A stretch of DNA of 46,382 bases from contig JAOUKN010000003.1 in NCBI GenBank assembly GCA_029882515.1, forward strand, positions 1 through 46,382, read 5' to 3'. The notes beneath the pieces were generated by a model, which had not been told where the DNA came from, did no database searches, and was given only the letters and a program-made list of their open reading frames with translations. The stretch's first letter is position 1, and every line of letters starts with the position of its first letter. The position numbers and the translations under genes are program-made. Source of the DNA: Candidatus Bathyarchaeota archaeon. Its GTDB lineage: Archaea; Thermoproteota; Bathyarchaeia; Bathyarchaeales; Bathyarchaeaceae. Shown one piece after another: positions 1-12,500 of this stretch.

Positions 1-209
1 CCATAGAGTAGGCCTTGGAGGCTGTGCATGTGGATAGGTTTCAGAGTGATATTGTTGTTGAAATGTATAGGTGCCATAGGCGGACCGTGGAGGTTGAGAA
101 CATCTGAGGCAGGTAGTCCACTGGTGAAGCTGTCAAAGGCAGCTAGAAGTGAGGAAATAATCAGTAGCGCCAAAGCAGTCACTAGTAACTTCTTCTTCAG
201 AACTTGCAT
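1..209 (-). CDS. Secreted/surface protein, 5' part only (runs off the left edge)
   Basis: Not in the ORF track. The ATG at 209 opens MQVLKKKLLVTALALLIISSLLAAFDSF...IHMHSLQGLLY, which stays open to the edge. It has a basic plus hydrophobic signal peptide, an upstream GAGAAAGGAG SD-like element, and the same orientation as the surface-protein cluster. Confidence 0.7.
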   Translation of the reverse strand, partial: MQVLKKKLLVTALALLIISSLLAAFDSFTSGLPASDVLNLHGPPMAPIHFNNNITLKPIHMHSLQGLLY

Positions 210-318
210 TGAGTATCTCTTTCTCCTTTCTCGTTCTTTTGACCTAATATGTGCACATTCAAGTATAAAAAACGTTATGGAAGAAACTTACACTCTGACA
301 CATGGGAGTACGTATGCT

Positions 319-504
319 TTAGGGCAGTTCTTGCCCGAAATTTTGGGCTGCGATTAAGATGTCATCGACCCGTACTTTACCATCGCCATTTACGTCACAA
401 TCAGGATCCCAATTCGGATCACCTGGTTCAGACCCGAACGCAAGAGCGACCGCGAGAATGTCATCTATCCGCACCTTACCATCCCCATTCACGTCTCCCA
501 AGAG
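319..504 (-). other. Dockerin module of the PKD giant
   Basis: GDVNGDGKVRIDDILAVALAFG...WDPDCDVNGDGKVRVDDILIAAQNFG: two EF-hand-like loop+helix repeats. Confidence 0.88.
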
Positions 505-3500
505 TTTTTCGCTAACGGCCACAACGTAGGACACAGTATCGGACTGATCTAGTTCATCAGTGACAGTTAATGCCACTATGTAGTTGCCTGGTTGAACATA
601 TGTATGATTTATTGCGAACACAGAGATCGTGGTTATGTTGCCATCGCCGAAATCCCACATGTACGAAACGATTGGTGGATGATCAGTCCCATTCCACCCA
701 GATGTGGATGTTGATGCATCAAACGTGATCGTTCGGTTAGGATAACAGGGATATGGCCACGTGAAGTCAGCCGTTGGACCACTAAGTGGAAGAATAGATA
801 TTATCTTTGATGCGGTGGACCAGAATCCCCGAGTATCTGTTACGTTCAGAGCTACAGTGTAGTTTCCTTCAGATGCATATGCATAATAGACTACTGGATC
901 CACAACAGTTATTGTTTCACCATCGCCAAAATGCCACGTGTAGTTAGCAATCTCTGCTACAGTTCCTATCGAGTTTGACGCGTCGAACAGGACAGTTTCG
1001 TTCACATATGGATCGGAAGGAGTCCACGAAAAGTCCACATAGGGACCGGTCACAATTACAGAAACCAGTTTTTGTCGGATGTTCCAGAGACCTTGATCAT
1101 TGGTAACATTCAATGCGACAGTGTAATTTGCTGGTGCACCATATTGATGCGTTATGATTGACTCAAATACTGTTGTAGAGTTGCCATCGCCAAAATCCCA
1201 AGTATAATTGACGATAGATCCCGTGGGGTCGTAACTTTCGGAGGCATCAAAAGCGATGACTTCATTTATTTCAGGATATTGTGGCTCCCAAGTGAAATCT
1301 ACGTGGGGTCCCGCTATAACCGTTACTATCTTCGATATTGCATCGGTGTTTTCGTCTAGATCTTCCACAGTGAGAGTTACATTGTACTGTCCAAGGGCAG
1401 TATAAACATGTGTTACAATTGAATCCCAGCCAAGATCGGTCTCACCGTCGCCAAATCTCCAATGATAGACCCAAATTTGACCATCCGGATCGTGGCTTTT
1501 AGAGGCGTTGAAAGTGACTATCCCACCTTTCACCGCGGGGTCGGGAGAGTAGACAAATGCTGCCACAGGTGAAGCTTGTTCAACGGTTATTAGCTCAACA
1601 TTCAAATCAGAGAGCCCCTCACTATCCGTGACCGTCAAGACAGCAGTGTAGTTTCCAGCTTTTGCATACACATGAACTACCATTGATGTCGTAGTGGTCG
1701 TGATGTTGCCATCACCAAAGTCCCATGCGTAGTCTGTGATGGACCCGCCTTGGCCTGGTGTGGATGATGATCCGTCGAAGTTGACAGGCAAACCGGCTGT
1801 GGGGGGCGTTGGAGAGTATTGAAAAGTGGCTGTTGGGTAATCTCGAACTGATACAGTTGTGGATGTTGTGTCTGAGAGGTCTTCACTATCTGAGACAGTT
1901 AGAGTCACCACATAGTCTCCAACCGTCGTGTATAGATAGGTAAGTATTGGGTCGGGGGTATCGACAGGGAGCGATCCATCACCAAAGTCCCAATGGTAGT
2001 TATCAATTGACCCACCGTTAGGAGTTGAAGAAGACGCGTCGAAAGTTACGTCTTCTCCAGCAATTGGATAATCGGGAATACACATGAAGGAAGCTGTAGG
2101 GTATTCTCTAATCCTGACGAATTTGGTCTTTTCGTCTGTGAACCCTTCATTGTCGGTTACAGTCAATATCACAACATACGTCTTCGCAGTCGCGTAAGTA
2201 TGAGTTGTGATTGGGCTTGTTGTCGCCGTTATATTCCCGTCACCAAAATCCCACGTGTAGTTCATAATATAGCCGTTCGGATCATAACTCTCCGAAGCAT
2301 CAAACGTGACCACGTCGCCCACGAGGACGAATCCAGGAGAATACGTGAAAGATGCTACAGGAGCACGGAGAACTGTAATCATCGTTGAGTTGGTGGCATT
2401 TATGCCCTCATTATCGGTAACAGTGAGTGCTACTGAGTAGACGCCATCTGAGACATAAACATGAATTGTTATGGGATCAGTTTCGTTCACGGGTAAAGAG
2501 CCGTCACCAAAATCCCACAAATAGCTGATAATAGAGCCGTCAGGATCGTAACTCGCAGAGGCATTGAATGTGGCAGTATCACCTACATATAGAGTTGCAG
2601 GTGAATAGGTAAAGGAAGATACCGGGGATAATCCAACTCTGATAGTTTGCGATAAAGAATCGCTTAATCCTTCACTATCTGTCACATTAAGAACTACAGT
2701 GTAGTTTCCTTCAGATGAGTAGACATGAGTTAATATCGGGCCGCTTACTGCTGTGATGTTTCCATCTCCAAAGTCCCATTGGTAGCTAGTGATAATTCCG
2801 CCATTTGGAACTGAAGAAGATGCATTGAAAATTATAGATTGGTTCTTGGCTGGGGGGTCAGGTGAATACGTAAAAGCGGCAGTTGGATAGTTTCTCACCA
2901 TCACCACGTCTGTACTATTATTGGTTGCTGAATCGTCATCCGTTATGGTTAGCGTCACCGTGTAGTCTCCTTCTATTGCATACGTATGACTCACTATAGG
3001 TGTGGCTACGGTTGTTGTCGTATTATCTCCGAAATTCCATGCATAGTCTACGACATAGCCATCAAGGTCATAGCTAGCAGAAGCATTGAACGCAACAATC
3101 TCACCGACAATTGGATAGCTAGGAGAGTAGATGAAGGAGGCGCTAGGAGACCGGTTCAAGATTGTCTTAGTTGCCACTGCAGCAACTACAGATCCATCAT
3201 CATCTGTAACTGTCAAAGCAACTGTGTAGTTCCCATCATTAACATAGGCGTGCTCAGCCAAAACGCCTGTAGCATTGGTACCGTCGTTAAAATCCCAGAA
3301 GCAACTAACAATTACGCCATCTGGATCATAGCTGCCACTGGCGTTAAACGTAATGGACTCTCCAGTGTAGACCGTCTCTGCAGACTCGGTAAACGAAGCA
3401 ACTGGAAACCTGTTCAAGATTGTCTTAGTCGAAGTCGCAGACGAAGTCTCACCTTCATTGTCTGTAACCGTAAGGATAACAGTGTAGATGCCGTCATCAG

Positions 3501-6500
3501 CATATGAATGATTCACGGTAACGCCAGTTGCATTAGTGCTATCACCAAAATCCCAGAAATAACTAACAATTACGCCGTTAGGGTCATAGCTCGCAGAGGC
3601 GTTAAAGTAAATAACCTCATCAGTATAGACAATCTCTGCTGACTCAGTGAATAACGCAACGGGAGACGTACTCAAAACTATCTTAGTTGCGCTGACAGAT
3701 GTGGTCGCACCATCATTATCAGTAACGGTTAATGTAACAATGTACGTCCCTTCGTCTATAAATGCATGATCCAAAATGACATTAGAAGCGTTAGTGCCAT
3801 CGCCAAAGTCCCAGAAGTACGTAGCTAGATAGCCATCAGGATCATAACTGGCAGAAGCATCAAAGTGGATAACCTCTTCAGTATAAACCGTCTCTGCAGA
3901 CTCCGTGAAAGACGCAACGGGAGACCTATTCAAAACAGTTTTGGTTGAACTTGCCATGCCCGTTGCGCCATCGTCATCAATCAAGGTTAAGGTGACGAAG
4001 TAGTTCCCGTCATCTATATAGGCGTGTTCAACGATGATATCTGTCGCGTTGGTATCGTCACCGAAATCCCAGAAGTAACTTAGAATAACACCGTCAGAAT
4101 CATAGCTGGTGGAGGCGTCGAAGTGAATTACCACACCGGTGTATACTACTGTTGCAGACTCAGAAAATATAGATACAGGAGATCGGTTCAGGATTGTCTT
4201 GATTGAGGTGGCGGTGGCAGTTGCATCAGCATCATCAGTGACGGTTAGAGTTACAGTGTAGTTTCCATCGTCAGCATATGCATGACCCACACTCAGACCT
4301 GCAGCGTTAGTACCATCGCCGAAATCCCAGAAATAATCAACAATCACACCATCTGGATCATAGCTGCTGCTGGCGTCAAATGAGATCACCATGCCAGTAT
4401 AGGCAGCTGCTGCAGACTCAGTGAATATAGCTACAGGAGATGAGTTCCCAACTATCTTAGTAGCGATAGCTGACGCAGTTGCACCATCATCGTCAGTAAC
4501 CGTCAAGGTGACGATGTAGTTTCCCTTTTCAGCATACGAATGCTCCGTCGTCACGCCCATAGCGTTGATTCCATCACCAAAATCCCAGAAATAACTAACG
4601 ACATAACCATCTGGGTCATAACTTCCAGAAGCATTAAAGTAAATGACCTCACCAGTAAGCACATTTTCCGCAGACTCAGTGAATGAGGCAACAGGAGACC
4701 TGTTCGACACAATCTTAGTAGCGGTAGCCGACGCAGTTGCACCATCATCGTCAGTAACCGTCAAGGTTACCGTGTAGACTCCATCATCTACATAAGCATG
4801 ATCCACGATGGCACCAGTAGAGTTAGTGCTGTCTCCAAAGTCCCAGAGATAACTAATGATATAGTCATCTGGATCGTAGCTGGCAGAGGCATTAAACGTG
4901 ATAATCTCATCCGTTAGCACGGTCTCCGCAGTTTCAGTGAACAGTGCAACCGGTGGCCTATTCAGAACCGTCTTAGTTGAGGTAATGATGCCGGTTGCAC
5001 CATCGTCATCAGTCACAGTTAGGGTAACTGAGTACGTTCCGTCATCAACATAAGAATACTCTACAATCATGCCAGTACTGTTTGTTCCATCACCAAAATC
5101 CCAGAAATAACTAACGATTGTACCATCAGAATCATAACTGGCGCTAGCATTGAATGAAATAATCTCGTTGGTATAAACCGTTTCTGCGGACTCCGTGAAA
5201 GACGCAACGGGAGACCTATTCAAAACCGTCTTAGTAGCACTTGTTGAGGTAGTTACACCGTCGTCGTCAGTAACCGTTAGGATTACTGTATAAGTCCCAT
5301 CGTCTACGTATGCATGATCCACGATGACGCCAGTAGCGTTAGTGCCATCGCCAAAATCCCAGAAGTAACTAACAATGATGCCATCAGAATCGTAACTAGC
5401 TGACGCATTAAAGTAAATAACCTCGCCTGTAAACACCGTGGTCACAGACTCAGTGAACAATGCAACAGGAGACCTATTCAAGACTGTTTTAGTGGCCGAC
5501 GCTGAGACTGACGCTCCATCGTCATCTAGTATGGTTAGTGTGACTGTGTAGACTCCGTCGTCAGCGTACGAACGATCCACGACAACACCAGTGGCGTTAG
5601 TGCCATCGCCAAAATCCCAGAAGTAACTAACTATTGTGCCGTCTAAATCATAGCTATTTGACGCGTTTAATGTGATAACATCGCTTGTGTAGACGGTTTC
5701 CGCAGACTCAGTGAATGAGGCAACAGGAGACCTGTTCAAAACAGTTTTGGTTGAAGTATCCGTGGCAGTTGCATTATCGTCATCAGCAACGGTTAGGGTC
5801 GCCGTATAAATGCCATCGTCGGCAAATGCATGATCCACGATGACGCCAGTAGCGTTAGTGCCATCGCCAAAATCCCAGAAGTAACTAACTATTGCGCCGT
5901 CTGGATCATAACTGGCAGAAGCATCAAAGGAGATGATCTCATTTGTATAGACGGTTTCTGCAGATTCAGCAAATGATGCCACAGGAGACCTGTTTAGGAC
6001 CATCTTGGTCGCACTGGTCGATGCAGTTGCACCGTCGTCGTCTGTCACAGTTAGAGTTGCCGTGTAGACGCCATCACTCACATAAGCATGACCCACAATA
6101 ACACCCGTAGCGTTGGAACCATCGCCAAAATCCCAGAAGTAACTAACAATGGTGCCATCAGAATCGTAACTGGCAGAAGCATCAAAGGAGATAACCTCAT
6201 CAGTAGACAGAGTTGTTGCAGACTCGGTGAACGATGGTACTGGTGACCTGTTTAACACCGTTTTAGTGGATACTGCCGAGGCTGTGGCTCCATCATCATC
6301 CGTAACCGTCAGCGTCACGTTATATACACCGTCATCCACATACGAGTGAACAACAATCACACTGGTCGCGTTGGTACCGTCACCAAAGTCCCAGAAGTAA
6401 CTAACTATAACACCGTCGAAGTCGTAACTTGCAGATGCATTGAACATGATAGTCTCGCCGGTAAGCACGGTTTCTGCAGATTCAGTAAATGTGGCTACTG

Positions 6501-9500
6501 GGGGTGTGATTCCGACCGTCTTGGTGGCGCTGGTCGATGCAGTTGCACCGTCGTCGTCTGTCACAGTTAGAGTTGCCGTGTAGACGCCATCGTCGGCATA
6601 TCCGTGTTCAGTCGTCATCCCTGTGGCGTTGGTGCCGTCACCAAAGTCCCAGAAATAACTAACTACGACACCGTCGGGGTCGTAGCTTTCGGATGCATTA
6701 AAATAGATAACCTCACCGACAAGCATAGTTTCGGTCGACTCTGTGAACGACGCTATTGGAGACCTATTCAAGACAGTCTTAATGACTGACGTTGAGGATG
6801 ATGCACCGTCATCATCGGTCACGGTTAAAGTCACCGTGTAGTCGCCATCATCAGCATACGCATGATCCACAATGACCCCAGTAGTGTTAATGCCATCACC
6901 AAAATCCCAGAAATAACTAACAACTGTACCATCTGGATCGTAACTCGCAGAGGCATTGAAAGCGATAATCTCGGCAGAGTAAACTGTCTCTGCAGTCTCT
7001 GTAAATGATGCAACTGGAGAATTGTTCAAAACTGTCTTAGTTGCGATCGAAGAAGAAGATGCTCCATCATCGTCTGTGACAGTGAGTGTGACTGTGTAAT
7101 TTCCATCTTCAGAATATGTGTGATCTACAATTGTTCCTGTAGCGTTAGTGTTATCACCAAAATCCCAGAATCGACTAGTAATAATGCCGTCAGGATCATA
7201 ACTCGCCGAGGCGTTGAATGAAATAACCTCACCAGTAAACACCGTTTCGGTAGATTCGGTAAACGATGCGACTGGAGGCCTATTCAAAACTGTCTTGGTT
7301 GCTGTGGCGACGCCAGTTGCGCCGTCATCATCTGTCACCGTTAGAGTGATTGTGCAGTTGCCGTTGTTGGCAAAAGAGTGATTCGTAACAATGCCTGTTG
7401 TGTTGGTACCATCGCCGAAATCCCAGAAATAGGTGGCGATCGAACCATCGGGATCATAGCTGGCAGAGGCATTAAACGTGATAACCTCATCCGTGTATAC
7501 GGTTTCCGCGGATTCGGAGAAGGAAGCACTAGGAGCACGATTCAGAACTGTTTTCGTTGTGGTGGCACTGTTAGTTACCCCGTCGTCGTCAGTGACAGTT
7601 AGTATCACCGTATAGTTTCCGTTATCGGTATATGCGTATTCAGCTGTAACGCCAGTAGCGTTAGTGCCATCTCCAAAGTCCCAAAAATAACTAACGAGCA
7701 CACCATCTGAATCATAACTGGCGGAGGCATTGAAGTAGATAAATTCACCCGTATACACTGTCACAGCAGATTCAGTGAATATGGCTACAGGAGGTGTTAC
7801 CTCCACGTTCTTTGTAGCGGTTGCTGAAGTGGTTGCCCCGTCATTGTCGGTAATGGTTAACGTGACCGTGTAAACGCCATTGTCTGCATAGGCGTGCTCA
7901 GTCGTGACATCTGTGGCGTTGGTACCATCACCAAAATCCCAGAAATAACTGACAATAGAGCCATCAGGATCATGACTGACGGAAGCATTGAAGTAGATAA
8001 CTTCATCGACAAGTACTGTTTCGGCAGACTCAGTGAATATAGCTACTGGAGGTCTATTCAAAACTGTCTTAGTTGCGCCAGCTGAGGCAGTTGCGTCATC
8101 ATCATCAGTAACCGTTAGGGTGACAGTATAGGTTCCATCTTCTGAATAAGCGTGATTCACAATTATTCCTGTGGCGTTAGTACTATCCCCAAAATCCCAG
8201 AAATAACTCACAATAGCACCGTCAGGGTCATAGCCGTCCGAAGCGTTGAATGTGATAGTCACACTGGTATAGACGGTTTCTGCAGACTCGGTAAAGAATG
8301 CGACTGGAGGTCTGTTCAATACTTTCTTGGTTGATGTAGCCGTGCCAGCTGCTCCGTCGTCGTCAGTTACCGTCAGTGTGACGACGTAATTTCCGTCGTC
8401 GGTGTATGCGTGTTCCACAGTTACGCCCGTAGCATTAGTTCCATCACCAAAATCCCAGAAATAACCGACAATAACACCGTCTGGATCATGACTCTGCAAT
8501 GCGTCGAAGTAAATAACCTCCCCAGTATACACCACTGATGCAGACTCGGTAAATATGGCTACAGGAGAACGGTTTAAGATCGTCTTTATCGCCGTGGCGG
8601 TATCAATTGCACCATCATTATCGGTTACTGTAAGGGTGACCATGTAGTTTCCGTCATCTGCGTAGGAATGACCTACAGTGATCCCTGTAGCATTTGTGCC
8701 ATCACCAAAATCCCAGAAATAACTAACAACGGTGCCATCTGGATCGTAGCTGGTGCTAGCATCAAATGTGATGGTCACACTTGTATAGACGGTTTCTGCG
8801 GACTCGGTAAAGAATGCGAGAGGTGGTCTGTTTAGGATGGTTTTGATTGAAGATGTTGATGCTAATGCACCATCGTTGTCAGTTATAATTAGTGTCACTG
8901 TGTAATTCCCATCGTCAGCATATGCGTGATCTGTGACTATACTTGTATTGTTAGTGCCATCACCGAAATCCCAGAAATAACTGATGATGATACCATCCAG
9001 ATCGTAGCTCTCGCTAGCGTTGAAGGAAATTGTGTCACCAGTATACACTGTTTCTGCAGACTCAGTGAAGACAGCAATGGGAGGTCTGTTTAGAACCGTC
9101 TTATTGGCGCTAGTCGAATTAGTTGCCCCGTCATCATCAGTAACTGTCAGTATTACTGTGTAATTTCCCTCCTGGGAATATGAATGCTCGGTTGTCACGC
9201 CAGTGGCATTGGTACCATCACCAAAGTCCCACCAATAACTGACAATCGTACCATCGAGATCGTAGCTATCTGAAGCATTGAGATAGATAGTTTCATTGAT
9301 GTAGACAACCTCCGCTGATTCCGTGAACGTAGCGAGAGGTGGCCGATTTAAGACGGTTTTTATTGCGGTGTCACTATTGGTTGCGCCATCGTCATCCGTC
9401 ACTGTCAGCGTTACCGTGTAAATACCATCATCTACGTAGGCATGATCAACAGTGACTTCAGTAGCGTTGGTGCCGTCACCAAAATCCCAGAAATAACTCA

Positions 9501-12500
9501 CAACAGAGCCGTCAAGATCCAAGCTACTGGAAGCATCAAAATGAATTGTCTCACCCGTATATACGGTTTCTGCGGATTCAGTAAACGAAGCTACTGGCGG
9601 TCTGTTTAGCACCGTTTTGGTTGAAGTTGTAGTATCTGTGGTGCCGTCATCATCCGTCACTGTTAAGGTTACGGTATAGTTTCCATCATCGGCATAAGCA
9701 AGATCAACCACGATGCCAGTAGCGTTAGAGCCATCTCCAAAATTCCAGAAGTAGCTGACAATCATACCATCAGGATCATAACTTTGAGAGGCATTGAAGT
9801 GAACAGTTTCTCCAGTGTTTATGGTTTCAGCGGACTCGGTGAAGGATGCCAATGGCGACCGATTCAGAACAAATTTAGTAGCGGATGCGGTATCCGTGGC
9901 GCCATCGTTATCTGTGATAGTTAGGGTCACAGAATAATCACCATCATCCACGTATGAGTATTCGACAATGGCTCCAGTAGCATTGGCGCCATCACCAAAA
10001 TCCCAGAAATAACTCACAATCAAGCCATCTGGATCATAGCTTGAAGAGGCATTGAATGTGATTATCTCTTGCGTAAGCACAGTTTCCGCAGATTCAGTGA
10101 ACAATGCTACTGGATGTCTGTTCAAGATCATCTTAGTCGCCGACACCAAGGCTGTGGCTCCATCGTCATCAGTAACGGTTAGGGTCACTGTGTAGTTTCC
10201 GTCGTCTGCATACGCATGGTTAACGGTAACGTCCGTGGCATTAGCTCCATCTCCCAAATCCCAGAAATAACTAAGAATCATGCCGTCGGGGTCATAGCTA
10301 TCGCTTGCGTTGAACGTAATAGCCTCACTGGTGTAGACGGTTTCAGCTGACTCGGTGAAGGACGCGACAGGAGGTCTGTTTAGAACCGTTTTGGTTGAGG
10401 TTGCAGCATCTGTAGCTCCATCATCATCAGTGACAGTTAGAGTCACTGCATAGATTCCATCATCAGCATACGCATGATCCACAATGATCCCAGTAGCATT
10501 GGCACCATCACCAAAATCCCAGAAATAACTGACTATCGAGCCATCTGAGTCGTAGGAGGCACTAGCGTTGAAGGTGACAGCCTCATTGGTGTAGATGGTC
10601 TCAGCCGACTCGGTAAACGACGCAACAGGAGATCTGTTCAGAACCGTTTTGGCTGCTGTAGCAGTGTCTGTGGCGCCGTCATCATCTGTAACGGTTAGGG
10701 TGACTGTGTAGTATCCATTATCGGCATAAGCATGATTTACAGTAACGCCAGTAGCGTTAGTTTCATCATCGAAGTTCCAGAAGTAACTAACAATAGTACC
10801 ATCTAGGTCATAACTAGCACTAGCGTTAAAGGATACTACCTCATCGGTGTAGACGGTTTCAGCCGACTCCGTGAAGGAAGCAACGGGAGATCTGTTTAGA
10901 ACTGTCTTGACTGAAGTAGCAGTATCAGTTGCGGCTTTGTCATCTGTAACCGTTAGAGTTATGGTATAAATGCCATCATCCACATACGTGCGTTCCACAA
11001 CAATACCAGTTGCGTTGGTGCCGTCGCCAAAATCCCACTCGTAGCTGACGATTATACCATCTGGGTCATAACTGCTACTGGCGTTAAACGTGATAGGCTC
11101 ATTCGTATAGACGGTTTCCACAGACTCAGTAAACGACGCAACAGGAGATTCATTCATGAGAATTGTCTTGGTCGACGATGCCGAATCTGTTGCTCCATCG
11201 TCATCTGTTATGGTTAGGGTCACGGTGAAAGTTCCGTTAGTAGCAAATGCGTGATTTACAGTGATCCCAGTGGCGTTCGCACCATCGCCAAAATCCCAGA
11301 AGTAACTGACAATCATGCCATCTGGGTCATAGCTGTTGGTAGCGTTAAAGGTGATAGGCTCGCCAACATACACGGTTTCCGCAGATTCTGTGAATATGGC
11401 TACTGGAGGTTTGTTTAAGACTGTCTTAGTTGCAGTAGCGAGGCCAGTTGCGCCGTCATTATCGGTAATTGTTAGAGTTACGATGTGAATGCCATCATCC
11501 AGATAAGTGTGATTTACGATAATGCCAGTAGCGTTGGTGCCGTCACCGAAATCCCAGAAATAACCAGCAATCGAACCGTCTAAGTCATAACTAACACTAG
11601 CGTTAAAGGATATCACCTCATCAACGTAGATCGTTTCAGCTGACTCGGTAAACGAAGCAACAGGAGGTCTGTTTAGAACCGTTTTGGTTGAGGTTGCAGC
11701 ATCTGTAGCTCCATCATCATCAGTGACAACTAGTGTCACCGTGTAGTTTCCGTCCTCAGGATAAGAGTGCTCCACAATGATCCCAGTAGCATTGGCACCA
11801 TCACCAAAATCCCAGAAATAACTGACTATCGAGCCATCTGAGTCGTAGGAGGCACTAGCGTTGAAGGTAATAGTCTCACTGGTGTAGATGGTCTCAGCCG
11901 ACTCGGTAAACGACGCAACAGGAGATCTGTTCAGAACCGTTTTGGTTGCTGTGGCGGTTTCTGTGGCGCCGTCATCATCGGTTATAGTAAGAGTTACTGT
12001 ATAATTGCCGTCGTCAACATAAGCATGATCAACCACAACGCCAATAGCGTTGGTGCTGTCACCAAAATCCCAGAAATAACTAACTATTGAACCGTCTGGA
12101 TCCGAGCTACCAGAAGCATCAAAATAAATGGTTTCACCCGTATACACGGTTTCAGCAGACTCGGTAAACGAAGCAACAGGAGGTCTGTTCAGAACCGTTT
12201 TGGTTGAAAATACGATGTTGGTTGCCCCATCATCATCAGTAACAGTCAAGGCAACCGTGTAATTACCATCATCAGCAAATGAGTGATCAGTCGTGACCCC
12301 AGTGGCGTTGGTACCATCACCAAAATCCCAGAAATAACCAACAATCGAACCATCAGGGTCATGACTATTAGTAGCGTTAAAGGTGATGGTTTCATTGGTG
12401 TAAACAGTCTGAGTCGATTCGGTAAAAGCAGCTATAGGTGGACGGTTTAACACGGTCTTGAACGCTATCGTGCTATCAGTAGCGCCGTCATCATCTGTCA

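Noticed and set aside
28-515. Plus-strand ORFs 28-357 and 249-515
   Set aside because: They are antisense to the signal-peptide ORF at 1-209 and to the dockerin end of the giant gene.
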